A DNA stretch of 64,000 bases from Bigelowiella natans CCMP2755 (Eukaryota; Protista; Cercozoa). Location: contig ADNK01000550.1 of the NCBI GenBank assembly GCA_000320545.1, forward strand, positions 124,001 through 188,000. The letters run 5' to 3'. Position 1 is the stretch's first letter. The number at the start of each line of letters is the position of its first letter. Shown here one piece after another: positions 62,204-64,000 of the stretch. The translations under genes were made by a program, and so were the position numbers. Under the pieces are notes generated by a model that did no database searches, had not been told where the DNA came from, and saw only the letters and a list, made by a program, of their open reading frames with translations.

Positions 62204-62730
62204 TCAATTTTTAGATTTGGGCAGCACACAGCGCTTCTCATTGTCGAGTGCAAACATGACAGGGCCTTTCGAGTCGAAGGAAACGAAATGTCCTCCTCTC
62301 TCCATTTTCTTGTAGGTTTTGTTCAGGTCGTCTTGGGTGACTGTTGGAAGTGTGCAAAACCCGAAGCGGTCACTCCAAGTGTCCAAGAAGAGACCAGTCA
62401 ACGATTTCTTTTTTTTGTCAGAAAGGGAGTAGAAAGGATCGAAGGTGGTGTTGGGTGGCAGACGAAAACCTCCAAAATTTTCACACCAATTGTTGAAAAT
62501 TTCCGCATCGTGTCTCATCCAATGTCTCGTTCATCATTTAGGAGTTTTGCCTCCAAAAGAAAAACGTTCAATTCAATGAAGGGTTTGCCAGTGATCTCGC
62601 TGAGAGGGCAAAAGCTTGGTGACACTTGATTGTATTTCTTGTTCTTTCCAGTGCGCCAACCCCGTGACGTTGGTCGCCGACCAACTAGTCCTCCAGTGGA
62701 CTTGCGTGGGGTTTGTTTGGTGCGTGCCAT
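62204..62730 (-). CDS. H3-tail-bearing non-histone protein, split into 62515-62730 and 62204-62518 with an ATGA overlap
   Basis: Starts MARTKQTPRKSTGG, then unrelated sequence with no histone fold. Confidence 0.65.
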
Positions 62731-62762
62731 TGTTTCTTTTTGATTGTTTAGGGTTTGAGGTG

Positions 62763-63029
62763 ATTTGGATTCTGATGAGAATGAGGAAGTGAGAAAGTGA
62801 GGATCGAGGCTCGGAGATTGCACGGGGTAGCCACGTGGCTTTTTCAACCAAGCCACGTGATGTTGCTGGTTCGGCCATGTGACCCTCTTGCTTTGAATTG
62901 TTCCTTTTTTAGAAAGCCACGTGGCTTTCTTGTCACGACGAAATGCACGAGGCAGCGACGCGCCATTTGTGCAAAGCCGCTTCGAAACGGCGCCAAGGCG
63001 GGTTTTGGCGCGGCAACACGTTGGCAATG
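62763..63029. repeat. intergenic repeat unit 2 (element B, CACGTG boxes, element A)
   Basis: Homologous to 61826-62173. Confidence 0.88.
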
Positions 63030-63092
63030 GACAGAGGGCTCACGGACAAAGTTTTGCGGTGATGAAAAATCAAACTTGGGTGCATGCAAGCA

Positions 63093-63509
63093 TCAGGCTC
63101 TCTCCCCGCGAATGCGGCGAGCAAGCTGAATGTCTTTGACCATGATTGTCACTCTTTTGGCGTGGATGGCGCAAAGATTGGTGTCCTCGAACAACGACAC
63201 CAAGTAGGCCTCTGAGGCCTCCTGCAACGCCAAGATGGCGGCGCTCTGAAAACGGAGTCCTTCTTTGAAATCCTCGGCGATTTCCCTGCAAAGGCGCTGA
63301 AACGGCAGTTTGCGGATGAGGAGGTCGGTGGATTTCTGGTAGCGGCGGATCTGACGCAGGGCGACGGTTCCAGGGCGGTACCGATGAGGCTTCTTCACTC
63401 CTCCAGTGGCAGGTGCTGATTTTCTGACTTTGGACGCTTTGGTGGCGAGCTGTTTGCGAGGAGCCTTTCCTCCAGTGGTTTTGCGTGCGGTCTGTTTGGT
63501 GCGTGCCAT
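63093..63509 (-). CDS. H3: histone H3 variant (138 aa, intronless)
   Basis: [24 protein letters not shown]...[12 protein letters not shown]...[32 protein letters not shown]. Confidence 0.97.
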   Translation of the reverse strand: MARTKQTARKTTGGKAPRKQLATKASKVRKSAPATGGVKKPHRYRPGTVALRQIRRYQKSTDLLIRKLPFQRLCREIAEDFKEGLRFQSAAILALQEASEAYLVSLFEDTNLCAIHAKRVTIMVKDIQLARRIRGERA

Positions 63510-63533
63510 GGTGAGCCAAGCAATGGTCGAGGG

Positions 63534-63868
63534 GTTTGAGTTGTGAGGACTTGAGCTGATGAGGGAGTGAGAGGCCGGGCCTTGGAATCCAAGTGAACGA
63601 GCCACGTGGCTTTTGACCAAAATCCACATGGCTTTGTTGGACGGGGTCACGTGGCATTTGTTCGAAGACCACGTGACCACAAGATCCGTTTTTCCCTTTT
63701 TTGGTCGTGTGACCTTGTTCAACAGGCCACGTGACTACCCCGCCCTGCTTCTGTTTTGACACCTGCAACCACGTGACCCGAACCCTGGTGAGCCACGTGG
63801 TCCACCCCCTTCAACTCCGAGGCCTGGACCCTCACTTCCTCATCTGCTCAAGTCCTCACAACTCAAAC
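63534..63868. promoter_or_regulatory. bidirectional promoter: inverted copies of an element-B-like sequence flanking CACGTG boxes
   Basis: 63534-63610 is the approximate reverse complement of 63792-63868 (GTTTGAGTTGTGAGGACTTGAGC.GATGAGG.AGTGAG). CACGTG occurs at 63603, 63648, 63670, 63728, 63770 and 63794. Confidence 0.75.
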
Positions 63869-63905
63869 ACCCGACAAACTTTGAACACCTTCGCCTCTGA
63901 ACCTG

Positions 63906-64000
63906 ATGCCACGTCCAAAACCGAATAACCCAACCAAGAACCGCACCGTCAAAGATGACGCTCCGAAGCGCCAGTCATCACGCAACAGGAAGGCGCCACC
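63906..64000 (+). CDS. 5' end of a basic protein divergent from H3 (MPRPKPNNPTKNRTVKDDAPKRQSSRNRKAP...)
   Basis: ATG follows the inverted promoter copy at a distance similar to that for H3; open to the window end. Confidence 0.5.
   Translation, partial: MPRPKPNNPTKNRTVKDDAPKRQSSRNRKAP

Noticed and set aside
62515-62640. Intron joining the two halves of the H3-tail ORF
   Set aside because: The only GT-AG pair found is 26 nt long and leads to a stop codon.
60756-63029. CRISPR array or true integron attC array
   Set aside because: Repeats are long, degenerate and separated by whole genes. There are no cas genes, no tyrosine recombinase and no clear RYYYAAC/GTTRRRY boxes.
63510-63722. 71-aa N-terminal extension on H3 in the ORF track
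   Set aside because: It begins at a non-ATG codon and runs through the promoter repeat; the canonical MARTK start is at 63509. The same applies to the extensions on 60952-61914 and 62515-63027.

Overview
The window is gene-dense DNA of a giant virus (Nucleocytoviricota, NCLDV), and it may be latent or endogenous. Hallmarks read from the translations are a double jelly-roll major capsid protein (1-1220, 5' truncated), a VLTF3 late transcription factor, a Nudix hydrolase, penton-like jelly-roll segments, an SF3/D5-like helicase and several conserved NCLDV unknown-function families. There are also two collagen fibre genes ending in an S74-type autocleaving chaperone and a protamine/H1-like basic protein. 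A 1316-aa ORF (43392-47342) contains a Polinton-type retroviral-like (RVE) integrase with the DDE triad present. A recent Ty3/Gypsy LTR retrotransposon (52731-57844, minus strand, LTRs identical by eye, 4-bp CTCA target duplication) sits inside the helicase gene. It carries a third partial LTR in place of most of gag, and its Pol ends in a domain resembling the DIRS-type N6-adenine methyltransferase. The helicase also has a candidate 76-nt spliceosomal intron. The right end (60.7-64 kb) is a cassette-like array in which unrelated ORFs share a repeated CACGTG-rich promoter and a GC-rich 3' element. The array holds a variant histone H3, a non-histone ORF that begins with an H3 tail copy (MARTKQTPRKSTGG) and an ORF with a basic, importin-binding-like N-terminus. 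All family assignments are from motif recognition by eye; no searches were run.
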